From positions 1 through 38,459 of the forward strand of contig JAOAIV010000001.1 of assembly GCA_026414525.1 (NCBI GenBank): 38,459 nt of DNA. Reading direction: 5' to 3'. Numbering within the stretch: position 1 is the first letter of the stretch; each line of letters begins with the position of its first letter. Both the position numbers and the translations under genes were made by a program. This document shows, piece after piece, positions 16,839-26,533 of the stretch. This stretch comes from Candidatus Bathyarchaeota archaeon (GTDB taxonomy: Archaea > Thermoproteota > Bathyarchaeia > Bathyarchaeales > Bathycorpusculaceae). Below the pieces are notes generated by a model. It was not told the origin of the DNA and did no database searches. It worked only from the letters and a program-made list of their open reading frames with translations.

Positions 16839-17057
16839 TTGGGCTGCTGGAAATGGTTTAACAGTGTTTTAAAAGAGGCTGGTGTGCAAATAACTAAGGA
16901 GAACAAAAATGCGGTTGAGCAAGTTATCCATGGTTACATAGGTGAGCAAGCAAGTTATGGACGTTGCTCAGCGGATTGGCGGCAGGCTCGTAAAGAAATC
17001 AATGAGAGTCCTGAAATGAGAAAAGAGCTTATCGAAAAGCTGAAGGCCGTAGTGTAA
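16839..17057 (+). CDS. hypothetical small protein
   Basis: 72 aa from TTG 16839, with AGGTGA at 16828-16833 at 5-nt spacing. The ORF is also open from GTG 16830. The protein is charged and helical, sits between rbr and rubredoxin, and matches no family I recognise. Confidence 0.45.
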   Translation: MGCWKWFNSVLKEAGVQITKENKNAVEQVIHGYIGEQASYGRCSADWRQARKEINESPEMRKELIEKLKAVV

Positions 17058-17167
17058 AAAGGCTACTTTACCTCCTCCTTTTTCGTTTGGGCGTAGTCGG
17101 ATCAGTCGATAGCACATCTTATATAAGATAACCTGCCTTTATTCTTGGCAAATGGAGTGCTAGAAAA

Positions 17168-17329
17168 ATGGATAAATGGGAATGCACCATCTGCGGCTAC
17201 ATATACAATCCCGAAAAGGGGGATCCAGAACATGGCGTCGCCGCTGGCACAGCCTTTGAGCAGTTGCCTGATAACTGGGCTTGTCCTATTTGTGGCGCGC
17301 CCAAGAGTCAATTTGTCAAACGAAAGTAA
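17168..17329 (+). CDS. Rubredoxin
   Basis: My own translation gives [53 protein letters not shown], with two CxxCG knuckles and a canonical rubredoxin sequence. GGAGTG lies 8 nt upstream. At 53 aa it falls below the ORF-track length cutoff. Confidence 0.9.
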   Translation: MDKWECTICGYIYNPEKGDPEHGVAAGTAFEQLPDNWACPICGAPKSQFVKRK

Positions 17330-17416
17330 GCCGTAGTTACGTTCAAGCATCAAGTTTTATGTATTAATTTTTGAAAACTTTATATCATTCTTAAAAACTC
17401 AATATTGTGGATATAG

Positions 17417-19507
17417 ATGTTTTTAAAGAAAATCAAAAAAAGAGATGGCAGCATCGTTGATTTTGACCAACAGAGAATTAAAAACGCTGTCCACAAGGCT
17501 TTCCTTGCAGTTGAACTTGAAAATGGTGAGAACGCCGAAGCTGTCACGGAAGAAACCATCGCATTGTTAAAGGAACGTTTCAGAGAAGTAATTCCTTCAG
17601 TTGAGAATGTGCAAGACATAATTGTAGAAGTTTTAAAGAAAAAAGGCTACACAAAGGTTGCGCAAGCCTATGAGGATTATCGAAGAAAGAAAGAAGAGCT
17701 TCGTGTTCTTAGAGAAACGCTTGGGATAGAGCCCAAGCTAACTGTGAATGCTCTTGAAGTTTTAAAGGCAAGGTATCTTCTTCGTGATGAAAAAGAAAAT
17801 ATCATAGAAACTCCTGCTCAGCTTTTTCGTAGAGTAGCTAGGGCCATCGCTAAAGTTGATAAGGCATATGGCGATGACGCGGAAAAAAACGAAAGAATCT
17901 TTTACGAGATGATGGCGAAACTTGAATTCCTTCCCAATTCGCCAACCCTATTTAACGCTGGAACTGCTATGGGACAGTTATCTGCATGTTTTGTTCTTCC
18001 AGTTCCAGACTCGCTTGAGGGAATATTCACTGCCGTGAAGAACATGGCGCTTATTGAGCAGACAGGCGGCGGCGTGGGCTTCAACTTTTCACAGTTACGA
18101 CCTAAAGGCGACATCGTACGTTCAACAAAAGGCGTCGCTTCGGGTCCAGTAAGTTTCATGCGAATTTTCGATGTAGCCACTGAAGTGATAAAAGCAGGCG
18201 GAAAACGCAGGGGCGCCATGATGGGCATCTTGCGCGTGGATCACCCTGACATTTTGGAGTTTATCACCGCCAAGCAGAATCCCACTTTTCTATCGAATTT
18301 TAACGTCTCAGTTGCTGTTACTGACGAGTTTATGCAATCAGTTGCCGCTGACGAAGCGTATTGGCTTGTTAATCCGCGAAATAACGAAAAAGTGCGGCAG
18401 CTTAAAGCAAGAGACGTCTGGAACTTGATCGCGCGGTCTGCATGGGCAAGTGGAGACCCCGGAGTAGTTTTCATTGACGAGATAAACAGACATAATCCTA
18501 CACCAGAGGTTGGGCGAATTGAGTCTACGAATCCATGCGGCGAGCAGCCGTTGTTGCCTTATGAATCGTGCAATTTGGGTTCGATTAATCTCTCACGTAT
18601 GGTGAAGGACGGTAAGGTTAATTGGGATAAGCTTCGGCTGACCGTGCGGAATGCTGTGCATTTTCTTGACAATGTTGTTGACGCGAATGTTTTTCCACTT
18701 AAGGAAATAGCTGAGATAACGAGGGCTAACCGGAAAATCGGTTTAGGCGTCATGGGTTTCGCTGACATGCTGATTCTGCTTGGCGTGCCATATGACTCAG
18801 GGGAAGCGCTAAAATTGGCTGAGCAAGTAATGGGTTTCATCCAAAAAGAAGCGCATGAGAAGTCTAGGGAAATCGGCGAGGCTAGGGGTTCTTTCCCGAA
18901 TTTTGAGCGGAGCATTTGGAGGGACAAGTACAGTGCCTTTAGAAATGCAACGGTGACCACTGTTGCGCCTACGGGAACAATAAGCATCATCGCAGGCTGC
19001 TCTTCCGGTATAGAGCCGTTGTTTGCTGTTTCGTTTATTCGAAACGTTCTAGGCGGCGCTAGACTTTTCGAGACAAATGTGCTGTTTGAGGCGGTTGCCA
19101 AGGCAAGAGGCTTTTACAGTGCGCAACTCCTCGAGGAAGTGGCTAAAACTGGTTCGGTTCAAAAAATCGCAGGTGTGCCCGACGATGTTAAGCGACTGTT
19201 TGTTACGGCGTTGGATATTGCGCCGGTCTGGCATGTTAGGATGCAAGCTGCCTTCCAGAAATTCACTGATAATGCCGTTTCAAAAACTGTTAACATGCCC
19301 TTTGAAGCAAAAGTTGAGGATGTAAAGGAAATTTTCGAGTTAGCTTGGCGGCTTAAATGCAAAGGCATTACGGTTTTCAGGTATGGCAGCAAGCCGGAGC
19401 AGGTATTGTACATCGGCGAAGTCAAAAGTAAAGAAGGCACGTTTGTTTCAGCCCAGTCTGAATATGCAGGTGGCTGCCCAACACCCAATTGTCCCTTTCC
19501 AAGCTGA
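17417..19507 (+). CDS. nrdJ: Adenosylcobalamin-dependent ribonucleotide reductase (class II) with N-terminal ATP-cone
   Basis: ATP-cone KKRDGSIVDFDQQRIKNAV; NPCGEQPL and SCNLGSINL active-site loops; TVAPTGTISI; C-terminal Cys pair GGCPTPNC. Confidence 0.95.
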   Translation: MFLKKIKKRDGSIVDFDQQRIKNAVHKAFLAVELENGENAEAVTEETIALLKERFREVIPSVENVQDIIVEVLKKKGYTKVAQAYEDYRRKKEELRVLRETLGIEPKLTVNALEVLKARYLLRDEKENIIETPAQLFRRVARAIAKVDKAYGDDAEKNERIFYEMMAKLEFLPNSPTLFNAGTAMGQLSACFVLPVPDSLEGIFTAVKNMALIEQTGGGVGFNFSQLRPKGDIVRSTKGVASGPVSFMRIFDVATEVIKAGGKRRGAMMGILRVDHPDILEFITAKQNPTFLSNFNVSVAVTDEFMQSVAADEAYWLVNPRNNEKVRQLKARDVWNLIARSAWASGDPGVVFIDEINRHNPTPEVGRIESTNPCGEQPLLPYESCNLGSINLSRMVKDGKVNWDKLRLTVRNAVHFLDNVVDANVFPLKEIAEITRANRKIGLGVMGFADMLILLGVPYDSGEALKLAEQVMGFIQKEAHEKSREIGEARGSFPNFERSIWRDKYSAFRNATVTTVAPTGTISIIAGCSSGIEPLFAVSFIRNVLGGARLFETNVLFEAVAKARGFYSAQLLEEVAKTGSVQKIAGVPDDVKRLFVTALDIAPVWHVRMQAAFQKFTDNAVSKTVNMPFEAKVEDVKEIFELAWRLKCKGITVFRYGSKPEQVLYIGEVKSKEGTFVSAQSEYAGGCPTPNCPFPS

Positions 19508-19517
19508 GGCGAAAGTT

Positions 19518-20072
19518 ATGGGTTACATATACTTGTATTATGGTACAGGCGGCGGCAAAACCACGAATGCGCTTGGGTTAGCTTTGCGCACAGTAGGTCA
19601 TGGCAGAAGCGTTGTGATAATCCAGTTTCTTAAATGGAAAAAGGACATTGGCGAATACTTGATTAAAGATAAGCTTGCGCCTTATTACGAGATTTATCAG
19701 TTCGGGCGGCAAGCATGGCTTGGTGAAAAGGAGAAAACAGCAGCGTTCGCAGGAGAAACATTCCATGTTGAACGTTTCACAAGCCGCGATAAAGAGCTTG
19801 CTATGGAGGCACTTGATTTTGCAGCGCGGGTGCTTCGGGAGAAAAAGCCACATTTACTTGTGCTTGATGAAATCTGCTTGGCAGTGCAGTGGAAGCTGCT
19901 GGATGTTAAGGATGTGCTGAAACTGCTTGATACTATACCCGAAGAGACAACTGTAGTCATGACGGGCCGATTGGCGCCGAAAGAGCTTGTGGACAGAGCT
20001 GACTTCGTTAATAATGTTGAATTAGTTAAGATGCCTAACAAATTCAAGTCAACTGAGGGAATACAGTACTAG
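19518..20072 (+). CDS. cobO: Cob(I)yrinic acid a,c-diamide / cob(I)alamin adenosyltransferase (CobO/BtuR type)
   Basis: 184 aa from ATG 19518: MGYIYLYYGTGGGKTTNALGLALR (P-loop), VIIQFLK, LLVLDEI and VVMTGR. It begins 10 nt after the nrdJ stop, with GAGG in between. Confidence 0.9.
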   Translation: MGYIYLYYGTGGGKTTNALGLALRTVGHGRSVVIIQFLKWKKDIGEYLIKDKLAPYYEIYQFGRQAWLGEKEKTAAFAGETFHVERFTSRDKELAMEALDFAARVLREKKPHLLVLDEICLAVQWKLLDVKDVLKLLDTIPEETTVVMTGRLAPKELVDRADFVNNVELVKMPNKFKSTEGIQY

Positions 20073-20150
20073 GCGCAACCTTGCCGGAGGTTAAGTAAAG
20101 TATATTAGCTATGGTGTGTCTTTGAAATGGTGATTTTTTGGTGAGAGAGA

Positions 20151-20762
20151 ATGTCAGCCATAAAAATGTTTAGTCTACCGAAGTTGCCATACGACTACAA
20201 TGCGCTTGCACCGTACATGTCTGAAGAGCAGTTGAAGCTTCATCATGATAAGCATCATCAAGCATACGTGAACGGCGCCAACGCCATATTCGAGAAGCTG
20301 GACAAGGCAAGAAAGGAGAACTTGGACATCGACATGAAGGCAACACTTAAGGAGCTTTCGTTCTATATAGGCGGCCACCTGCTCCACAGCACCTTCTGGG
20401 ATAACTTGGCGCCTCCAGGCAAAGGCGGAGGAAAACCAGGCGGAGCCATAGCTGACGCCATACAGAAGGAGTTTGGAAGTTTTGAGCGTTTCAAGAGAGA
20501 GTTTACTCAAGCCGCAACAAGCGCCGAAGGCTCAGGCTGGGCTGTGCTGGCAGTGCACCAATGTATCGACAGGCCGCTGATAATGCAGATAGAAAAGCAT
20601 AATGTAAACGTGTATCCCGCGTTCCGCCTGCTTATGGTTATAGATGTTTGGGAGCACGCGTACTACGTTGACTACAAGAATGACCGCGCCAAATTCGTTG
20701 AAAACTTCTGGAACATCGTCAACTGGGATTACGTCGACAAAATATACAAACTCGTAAAGTAG
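20151..20762 (+). CDS. sod: Fe/Mn superoxide dismutase
   Basis: [21 protein letters not shown] and DVWEHAYY motifs. GGTGA SD. Confidence 0.95.
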   Translation: MSAIKMFSLPKLPYDYNALAPYMSEEQLKLHHDKHHQAYVNGANAIFEKLDKARKENLDIDMKATLKELSFYIGGHLLHSTFWDNLAPPGKGGGKPGGAIADAIQKEFGSFERFKREFTQAATSAEGSGWAVLAVHQCIDRPLIMQIEKHNVNVYPAFRLLMVIDVWEHAYYVDYKNDRAKFVENFWNIVNWDYVDKIYKLVK

Positions 20763-20782
20763 GCAGAAACGTTTCACACCCA

Positions 20783-20788
20783 TTTTTT
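20783..20788 (+). terminator. Oligo-T tract downstream of sod
   Basis: TTTTTT lies 20 nt after the sod stop, and a second T6 follows at about 20816-20821. Confidence 0.3.
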
Positions 20789-20935
20789 ATAAAATATGCC
20801 AAGCCGTTAGCCGCCTTTTTTATGGGCTGGCGCGGAATAGACCCTCCATAGGTTTCTGCAATAAATCTCTATTATATACCAAATATGAAGGTGTGGTTTT
20901 GTTGAGAAATTTCCGTGAAAATGACTTCTTTAGTG

Positions 20936-21337
20936 CTATGCTCTCGGCGCTGTTTGCTGTTCTGCTTTGTTCTCTGGAGCTTTTTGAGGCGGCTTTTCAA
21001 CTATCTTCGCGTTTATTTGCACGATTTCGTCTGTTATTATGTTTCCTCGAATAGTTTTGCGTCTTCTTTCTCCTTCTCGTTTAGGGTTAAACCCGGTTCC
21101 TCCACTTAGTATGACTTTTCGGCGCCCGCCGCCATGCACATTCTCTCTCATAGGCACGCCATCTTTGTCTGAACCGCCTGTTATCTGCAGCTTGTGCGCT
21201 GGTAAGTCCACTATGGAGCCGTCTACTATCTCCCCGATCTTTCTGCCGATGAAGGGCGCTGCGCGTGTTCCTTCAAGCTCAACCACCTTTGATGTTCCCG
21301 TTTCAGGGTCGGATACTATTACTTTGAATTTAGCCAT
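20936..21337 (-). CDS. rps6e: 30S ribosomal protein S6e
   Basis: MAKFKVIVSDPETGTSKVVELEG...ITGGSDKDGVPMR...RRRKTIRGN is typical S6e. The start is the ATG at 21337, inside the longer track ORF. Confidence 0.9.
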   Translation of the reverse strand: MAKFKVIVSDPETGTSKVVELEGTRAAPFIGRKIGEIVDGSIVDLPAHKLQITGGSDKDGVPMRENVHGGGRRKVILSGGTGFNPKREGERRRKTIRGNIITDEIVQINAKIVEKPPQKAPENKAEQQTAPRA

Positions 21338-21477
21338 GTGCTGCTTAACTCTCCAGCGAAGTATGAAGTTAAGCATCTCTCTATTAAGGATTTATGGCGA
21401 ACATACAATTATTCAAACTCTAAAAATGTTTTTTCTAGCGTAAACATTTTAATTTAGCTCTTAGAAGTCTTGCTGCT

Positions 21478-22671
21478 ATGTGGCGTTTAGGTTTCTTCTT
21501 CCACGAAATCGCGTTCGGTTTGCTTTCGATATTTATTCCACTGTACGTGGTGTCGCCTCGGATTGGCGGTTCACTTTTTGACTTGGGAGTCATGACTGCT
21601 ACGGCGCTGCTTTTGGCTATACCTGCCTCATTTTTTTGGGGGTACCTTTGCGATAAAACAAGACATTATAAACGGTATATCCTTTTATCCTTTATTTCGC
21701 TGGCTATCCTTCTTTACGTTTTGTCCTTTGCAGCAGATGTGCGCACTTTCATCATTCTTTACGTAGTGATGACTGTCCTTCATGTGGCACATGAAGCACC
21801 AAAAAACGTTCTGATAGCTGAGCATTATCCACGAGATGATTGGGGTAAATCCTACGCGCTCTATGAGGGTTTCACAGAAATAGGTTGGATAATCGGTTTA
21901 ATAACAGGACTATTTACCGCAACACTTACTCTGAGCCCCACTTCTATCCTAATGCTATGTAGTGGATTAAATGTGGCAGCTTTTCTTTTAGCTCTCTTAT
22001 TCATAGCCGATCCAATAATCATTTTTGAGAGGCGACTGGTTAGCATAGAAAAAAAGATCGATTACACCTATAACGGCGTCAGAGTTTTCTCAAGGCTTGA
22101 AGATGGCTTCTCTCTTCATGAAAAGTTTAGAAGCGAAAACTTTATGCTGTTTGGTGCTGGTTTGGTTCTTTTTTCGCTGGCCTCCAGCATCTTCTTCACT
22201 CCACTTCCAATATTCTTCTCTAATGCGCTTGCCTTACCTGCAAACATGGTGTTCTTGATTTACATACTAAATTCCAGCGGCACCATGCTCGGATATTTTT
22301 TTGCAGTAAGAAATTCTGCCTCTCCCAAAGCAAAATTGTACGTTCGCAGACTTGCGCTACTTCGGGGTATGTTAGTTCTTATACTAGCTCTCATTGTTAA
22401 TTTTGCTTTTTCGCCAACACTTCTGGCTTCCGTTATCTTGATCTTCATGGGGTTCGCGTACGCCTCCTATCATATCCTCACGCTTTCGCTGTCCATGGAG
22501 TTAATTCCAGCCGGCAAAGCAGGATTATTTGATGTGCTTGTAGGTTTAGGTTCATCTTCCGGCTCTTTTATAGGCCCTTTTATAGCGGAAAACTTTGGAT
22601 TTCTGCCTCAATTCCTAATAGCAAGCACAACTTTCTTTATGGCCTATGTGTTTTTCAAATTTTTCGCATAA
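21478..22671 (+). CDS. MFS-type transporter
   Basis: 397 aa with about 10-12 hydrophobic helices in a two-half architecture. TATA-like CATTTTAATTTA lies about 27 nt upstream of the ATG, so the mRNA may be leaderless. Confidence 0.7.
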   Translation: MWRLGFFFHEIAFGLLSIFIPLYVVSPRIGGSLFDLGVMTATALLLAIPASFFWGYLCDKTRHYKRYILLSFISLAILLYVLSFAADVRTFIILYVVMTVLHVAHEAPKNVLIAEHYPRDDWGKSYALYEGFTEIGWIIGLITGLFTATLTLSPTSILMLCSGLNVAAFLLALLFIADPIIIFERRLVSIEKKIDYTYNGVRVFSRLEDGFSLHEKFRSENFMLFGAGLVLFSLASSIFFTPLPIFFSNALALPANMVFLIYILNSSGTMLGYFFAVRNSASPKAKLYVRRLALLRGMLVLILALIVNFAFSPTLLASVILIFMGFAYASYHILTLSLSMELIPAGKAGLFDVLVGLGSSSGSFIGPFIAENFGFLPQFLIASTTFFMAYVFFKFFA

Positions 22672-22689
22672 AAAATAGGAGAAAAATGA

Positions 22690-24144
22690 TTATTCTGTAT
22701 GTACCCGGAACAGGTCGATGTCTTCACGCATCGTTGGCGTTAGTTCTAAGAACTCTCTGACCGCTCGTTCCACGTCTTTAGCTTGGGTTACATATCTTCC
22801 GACGATAATTACATCAGCGCCTTTCTCCAGCGCTTCTTTTGCGGTCTCCGGTACTATTCCGCCTGCAACTGCAATTAAGAATCTCTTGTCTGGGAAGGTT
22901 TGCCGCAGTTTTGGTATGAGATCTAGCCCTAGAGTTCTCCCTGTTTCTTGGTCTATTCCCCTGTGAATTATAACCATGTCTGGAAACTCTTTAAGCTGCT
23001 TCAGCTTTCCAATAGGATCCTCCACATTCAGCATGTCCACAACCCCATAGATGCCAAGCCGTCTTGCCTCATGCACAAACGCGTCTAATGTTTCTGCCGG
23101 TGCCAAGCCAGCAGCAACAACCGCGTCTGCAGTGTCCTCGTAGGCTATGTCCACTTCCACTTTTCCGACATCTAAAGTCTTCAAGTCAGCAATTATAAAT
23201 GCGTCTTTTGCGACCTGGCGTAACTCGTTTATAACGCGGGTTCCGTAACGCTTGATTAATGGTGTTCCCACTTCGATTATTATTCTGTCGCTTCCAGGAA
23301 TTTGAGTGAGGACATTCTTAGCCTTCTCCAACTCCGGTGGATCAAGCGAAATCTGTAGGTATGGTGGTCTCCATAATCGCGGAACCTTAAAGCCCATTAT
23401 TGGGTGCTTCGCGCGATCCTTCTCATAAAGCATCTTTTCAAGCGATGGATATTTGTTTAAGGCTCTTCGTAACGCCAGTTTTGTTGCGCCGTAATTGTAC
23501 TGGTAGATTTTGCGGTAATCATTTGCCTGTGGATGAATGAAGACGCTGCATACAATAACCCAATCATCCACTTTCTCCTTTGGAATAATTCCCTCCTCCA
23601 CCGCGTCTGCCACCGCCTTTGCAACTGCGGCCTGCGCTGGTCCGAAAATTTTCCCCGCGTCTTCCATGTTCTTGATGGTTACTTTAGGCACAAGTAATGT
23701 ATGTGGTTTAGGCGGAAGATTTGGTCGAATAACCGACAGCAAAGGTGTATGCCCTGCTGAAAGGTTTGCCAAGCCATTAGCGAAAGCCTGTCCAACAGGC
23801 CCATTTTTGTCGCCGATTAAGAGATCTATGTGCGCTACCTCGTTTCCTTCCCCTAAAAGGGCTTCACCGATTAAATATGCAGGCCCAGACTCGTCGACAC
23901 CTTCATCTGCGAACGACATTGGTATGCGATTAACAATTTCTTTAAAGTCGACATTAAACTCCTTCAGCCACGTGTAAAGTGTATCTCTATGTATGTTAAG
24001 CTCTTTTGCGGTTCCAGCAACTGTCGGTTTTGTCGGCTTTTGTCCTTGAGAAAGCCTGTGTTCAACTTCTTTTTTCGCGGCTTCCGTCACAAGTTTAATG
24101 AAATCTTCGCGTGTTTCAGGTTTTTTGGTGTCTATACCCGACAT
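22690..24144 (-). CDS. fae-hps: Bifunctional formaldehyde-activating enzyme / 3-hexulose-6-phosphate synthase (Fae-Hps) with N-terminal HTH extension
   Basis: Fae: [20 protein letters not shown]...[22 protein letters not shown]. Hps: [27 protein letters not shown]. The N-terminal 75 aa contain [19 protein letters not shown], an HTH. Confidence 0.9.
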   Translation of the reverse strand: MSGIDTKKPETREDFIKLVTEAAKKEVEHRLSQGQKPTKPTVAGTAKELNIHRDTLYTWLKEFNVDFKEIVNRIPMSFADEGVDESGPAYLIGEALLGEGNEVAHIDLLIGDKNGPVGQAFANGLANLSAGHTPLLSVIRPNLPPKPHTLLVPKVTIKNMEDAGKIFGPAQAAVAKAVADAVEEGIIPKEKVDDWVIVCSVFIHPQANDYRKIYQYNYGATKLALRRALNKYPSLEKMLYEKDRAKHPIMGFKVPRLWRPPYLQISLDPPELEKAKNVLTQIPGSDRIIIEVGTPLIKRYGTRVINELRQVAKDAFIIADLKTLDVGKVEVDIAYEDTADAVVAAGLAPAETLDAFVHEARRLGIYGVVDMLNVEDPIGKLKQLKEFPDMVIIHRGIDQETGRTLGLDLIPKLRQTFPDKRFLIAVAGGIVPETAKEALEKGADVIIVGRYVTQAKDVERAVREFLELTPTMREDIDLFRVHTE

Positions 24145-24173
24145 TTACGTCGCCTCTGCGCTCTGTATAGGGT

Positions 24174-24189
24174 CTCTTATATATAAGAG
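24174..24189. promoter_or_regulatory. Perfect 16-nt palindrome containing the TATA element of the fae-hps promoter
   Basis: CTCTTATATATAAGAG is its own reverse complement. It is centred about 37 nt upstream of the fae-hps ATG at 24144. Confidence 0.4.
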
Positions 24190-24400
24190 TGTCGGAGAAG
24201 ATTATTGAAAGCACAGCTAACTCTTTTATGATTCTGTCGGTTGCGCATAATTCTGAGTCTCGGAATATCTGCCGAGTCAAACTGTGATTATACAAGATGC
24301 TGTGATTTCGGCATTTAGCCAAAGTTTGCCGCTACTTTAGCTAATTAGGTAAATCTAATATTTTAGTGTACGTTGTGTTAACACCAAAAGTGGTGTACAA

Positions 24401-24592
24401 ATGGTTAAGCTTAATTGGGTATGCTTAGGCTTCATACTATTAGGTTCCATGTTTTTTCTTTACGGAGCTAATTTTTATGAAGCGCTTGTTGGCTGGATAG
24501 GTTTTTTCATCATTCTCGGAGATACACTTGCTTTTCTTACTTTATATATTTATAACAAGTTAAATAAAAAAGAGGCCGTTCAGAACTCGTAG
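24401..24592 (+). CDS. hypothetical small membrane protein (2 TM)
   Basis: 63 aa with two clear hydrophobic helices. GTGGTG lies 5-6 nt upstream of the ATG. The 3' end overlaps the convergent carboxypeptidase gene by 13 nt. Confidence 0.35.
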   Translation: MVKLNWVCLGFILLGSMFFLYGANFYEALVGWIGFFIILGDTLAFLTLYIYNKLNKKEAVQNS

Positions 24593-26136
24593 AGCTTACT
24601 GTACTTTTCATGTAAATATTCTAAGTAAGGACCAGCATCCAGCTTTCTTCCAGTTACTTTAGTTATCAAGTCAGTTGGGTCGTATAAGGCTCCGTATGAG
24701 TGAACGTTTTTGGCAAGCCAATCTATAATGGTTTTTGTGTTGCTCCGCGCAAGTTGGCTTCGCCAGTCGCTTATGTCCTCTGCCAAAGCGGCAAGCAACT
24801 GTCCACTGTAGATGTTACCTAAAGCGTAGCTTGGGAAATAACCATAATAGCCGCTTGCCCAATGCGTATCCTGCATCACCCCTTCCGCATCATTCTCAAT
24901 TTTCAAGCCGAGAATCTCCTCATACTTCTCGTTCCATACCTCCGGCAACTGATCAACTTCTATTTCGTATCCGAAAAGGTCCTTTTCAATCTGAAAGCGG
25001 ATCACTATGTGTAAGCAGTAGGTTACTTCGTCGGCTTCTACCCGGATTTTTGAGGGCTTAACCTCGTTTATAGCGTGAACAAACGAGTCCAATTCAAGAT
25101 GCGCCAAGTTTGCGCCGGCAAGTGCTTTCAGTTTAGGCAGGAAACTGCACCAGAATTCTCGGGAGCGCCCAATAATGTTTTCTACGAAACGGGATTGCGA
25201 TTCGTGTATGCCATAGGAACAGCTGGTGCCGACAGGCTGATACTTCCATTCCCTTGGCAGACCCTGCTCGTATAATGCGTGGCCTGTTTCATGCAGCACT
25301 GAGAAAATGGAAGAAGTGAATTCTTCTGGATAATAGTGCGTTGTGATTCTCACGTCATCGTAATATCCCATTGTGAACGGGTGCTCGGTTTCGTCAATAC
25401 GACCAGCAGAACTTGGTGAGCTAACATCATAGCCCAAAGCTTCCGCGAGAGCTTTTGCAATTTGACGTTGCACTTCAACGGGGATGCTGCACTTAAGTAT
25501 CGACGTGTTTGGCTGGTTCGGCGCATTCTGGATTTTTCTAAGCAAGGCAACTAGCCCTTTTTGGAGCTGCTCAAAAATAGGCGCGATGGCTGCAGCAGTC
25601 ATTTTCGTCTCGAAAAGGTCTATTAGTGCATCATAAGGCGTTGCAACTGCTTTGACTTTCATAAGAATCTCTGCTTTTTCACGGTTAAGTGCCACAAGCT
25701 TCTCTAGTTCAGGCTGAAGTATACTGAAATTTTTGGCAGCTTTCGCTTTTTTCCAAGTGTTTACCGTCAGCGCTTGCTGCTTGGCGATTTCAGCAACAAG
25801 TCTCTCAGGCAACTGAGTTTGTTCATCGTAATTCTTCTTGATAAGATATACATTGCGTTTCTCTACCTCTGTTAACAATTCATACTGTGGACTTGCAAGT
25901 ATCTCGGTTAAGAGTCGCCCAATCTCCGGCGAAGTGCTCATTTTGTGGCTGAGACGGCTTAAAAGCGCAAGCTGCTGGCTACGCTGTTCGATGCCTCTAG
26001 GCGGCATCACGGTTTCCATGTCCCAATGAATTATGGCTTCTGTAGTTTGTAGGATAATCAAGTCTTTGGTTAACTCAAGCAACTTCTTGTACGCTGAGTA
26101 TATGTCTGATGACATTTCTTGTTTCAGCTCCATCAA
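24580..26136 (-). CDS. M32 (Taq-type) metallocarboxypeptidase
   Basis: 518 aa with HETGHALYEQG (HExxH), DETEHPFT and the overall M32 pattern. Confidence 0.9.
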   Translation of the reverse strand: MMELKQEMSSDIYSAYKKLLELTKDLIILQTTEAIIHWDMETVMPPRGIEQRSQQLALLSRLSHKMSTSPEIGRLLTEILASPQYELLTEVEKRNVYLIKKNYDEQTQLPERLVAEIAKQQALTVNTWKKAKAAKNFSILQPELEKLVALNREKAEILMKVKAVATPYDALIDLFETKMTAAAIAPIFEQLQKGLVALLRKIQNAPNQPNTSILKCSIPVEVQRQIAKALAEALGYDVSSPSSAGRIDETEHPFTMGYYDDVRITTHYYPEEFTSSIFSVLHETGHALYEQGLPREWKYQPVGTSCSYGIHESQSRFVENIIGRSREFWCSFLPKLKALAGANLAHLELDSFVHAINEVKPSKIRVEADEVTYCLHIVIRFQIEKDLFGYEIEVDQLPEVWNEKYEEILGLKIENDAEGVMQDTHWASGYYGYFPSYALGNIYSGQLLAALAEDISDWRSQLARSNTKTIIDWLAKNVHSYGALYDPTDLITKVTGRKLDAGPYLEYLHEKYSKLYEF

Positions 26137-26260
26137 GCTTTAGTTAAGCGCTTGTAAGAAAAGATTTTTGGTTATAATCGGGTTGTGGCGCTTGCCACGT
26201 AGATTAACTTTCGGTAAATCTTAATAGCGTTTAATGCCCTCTATCTATGTGTGATGTAGA

Positions 26261-26533
26261 ATGAAAAGGAAGTTGATGGAGATACTGGCTTGTCCTATAG
26301 ATAAGCATCATCCGCTTGAGCTTCATGTTTTCGAAGAAAAAGATGAAATAATCGAAGGCTTAATTGTCTGCCCCAAGTGTCTACGATGGTATCCGATACG
26401 AGATGAAATCCCTGAGATGCTGCCTGACGAGTTGCGGAAAGAAGCTGAGGATTTACCGTTTTTGAAGAAATGGCGCGAAAAAATACCTGAAAAAATCGTT
26501 TTTGAAGGCAAACCCTTCAGCTTAAAACGTTAA
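26261..26533 (+). CDS. trm112: Trm112-family small zinc-ribbon protein
   Basis: 90 aa: LMEILACPIDKHHPLEL...LIVCPKCLRWYPIRDEIPEML is typical Trm112/DUF343. Confidence 0.8.
   Translation: MKRKLMEILACPIDKHHPLELHVFEEKDEIIEGLIVCPKCLRWYPIRDEIPEMLPDELRKEAEDLPFLKKWREKIPEKIVFEGKPFSLKR

Noticed and set aside
24116-24322. A 68-aa minus-strand ORF spanning the fae-hps promoter region.
   Set aside because: It overlaps the fae-hps start and its TATA palindrome, and it has no SD and no family resemblance. It is most likely non-coding spacer.
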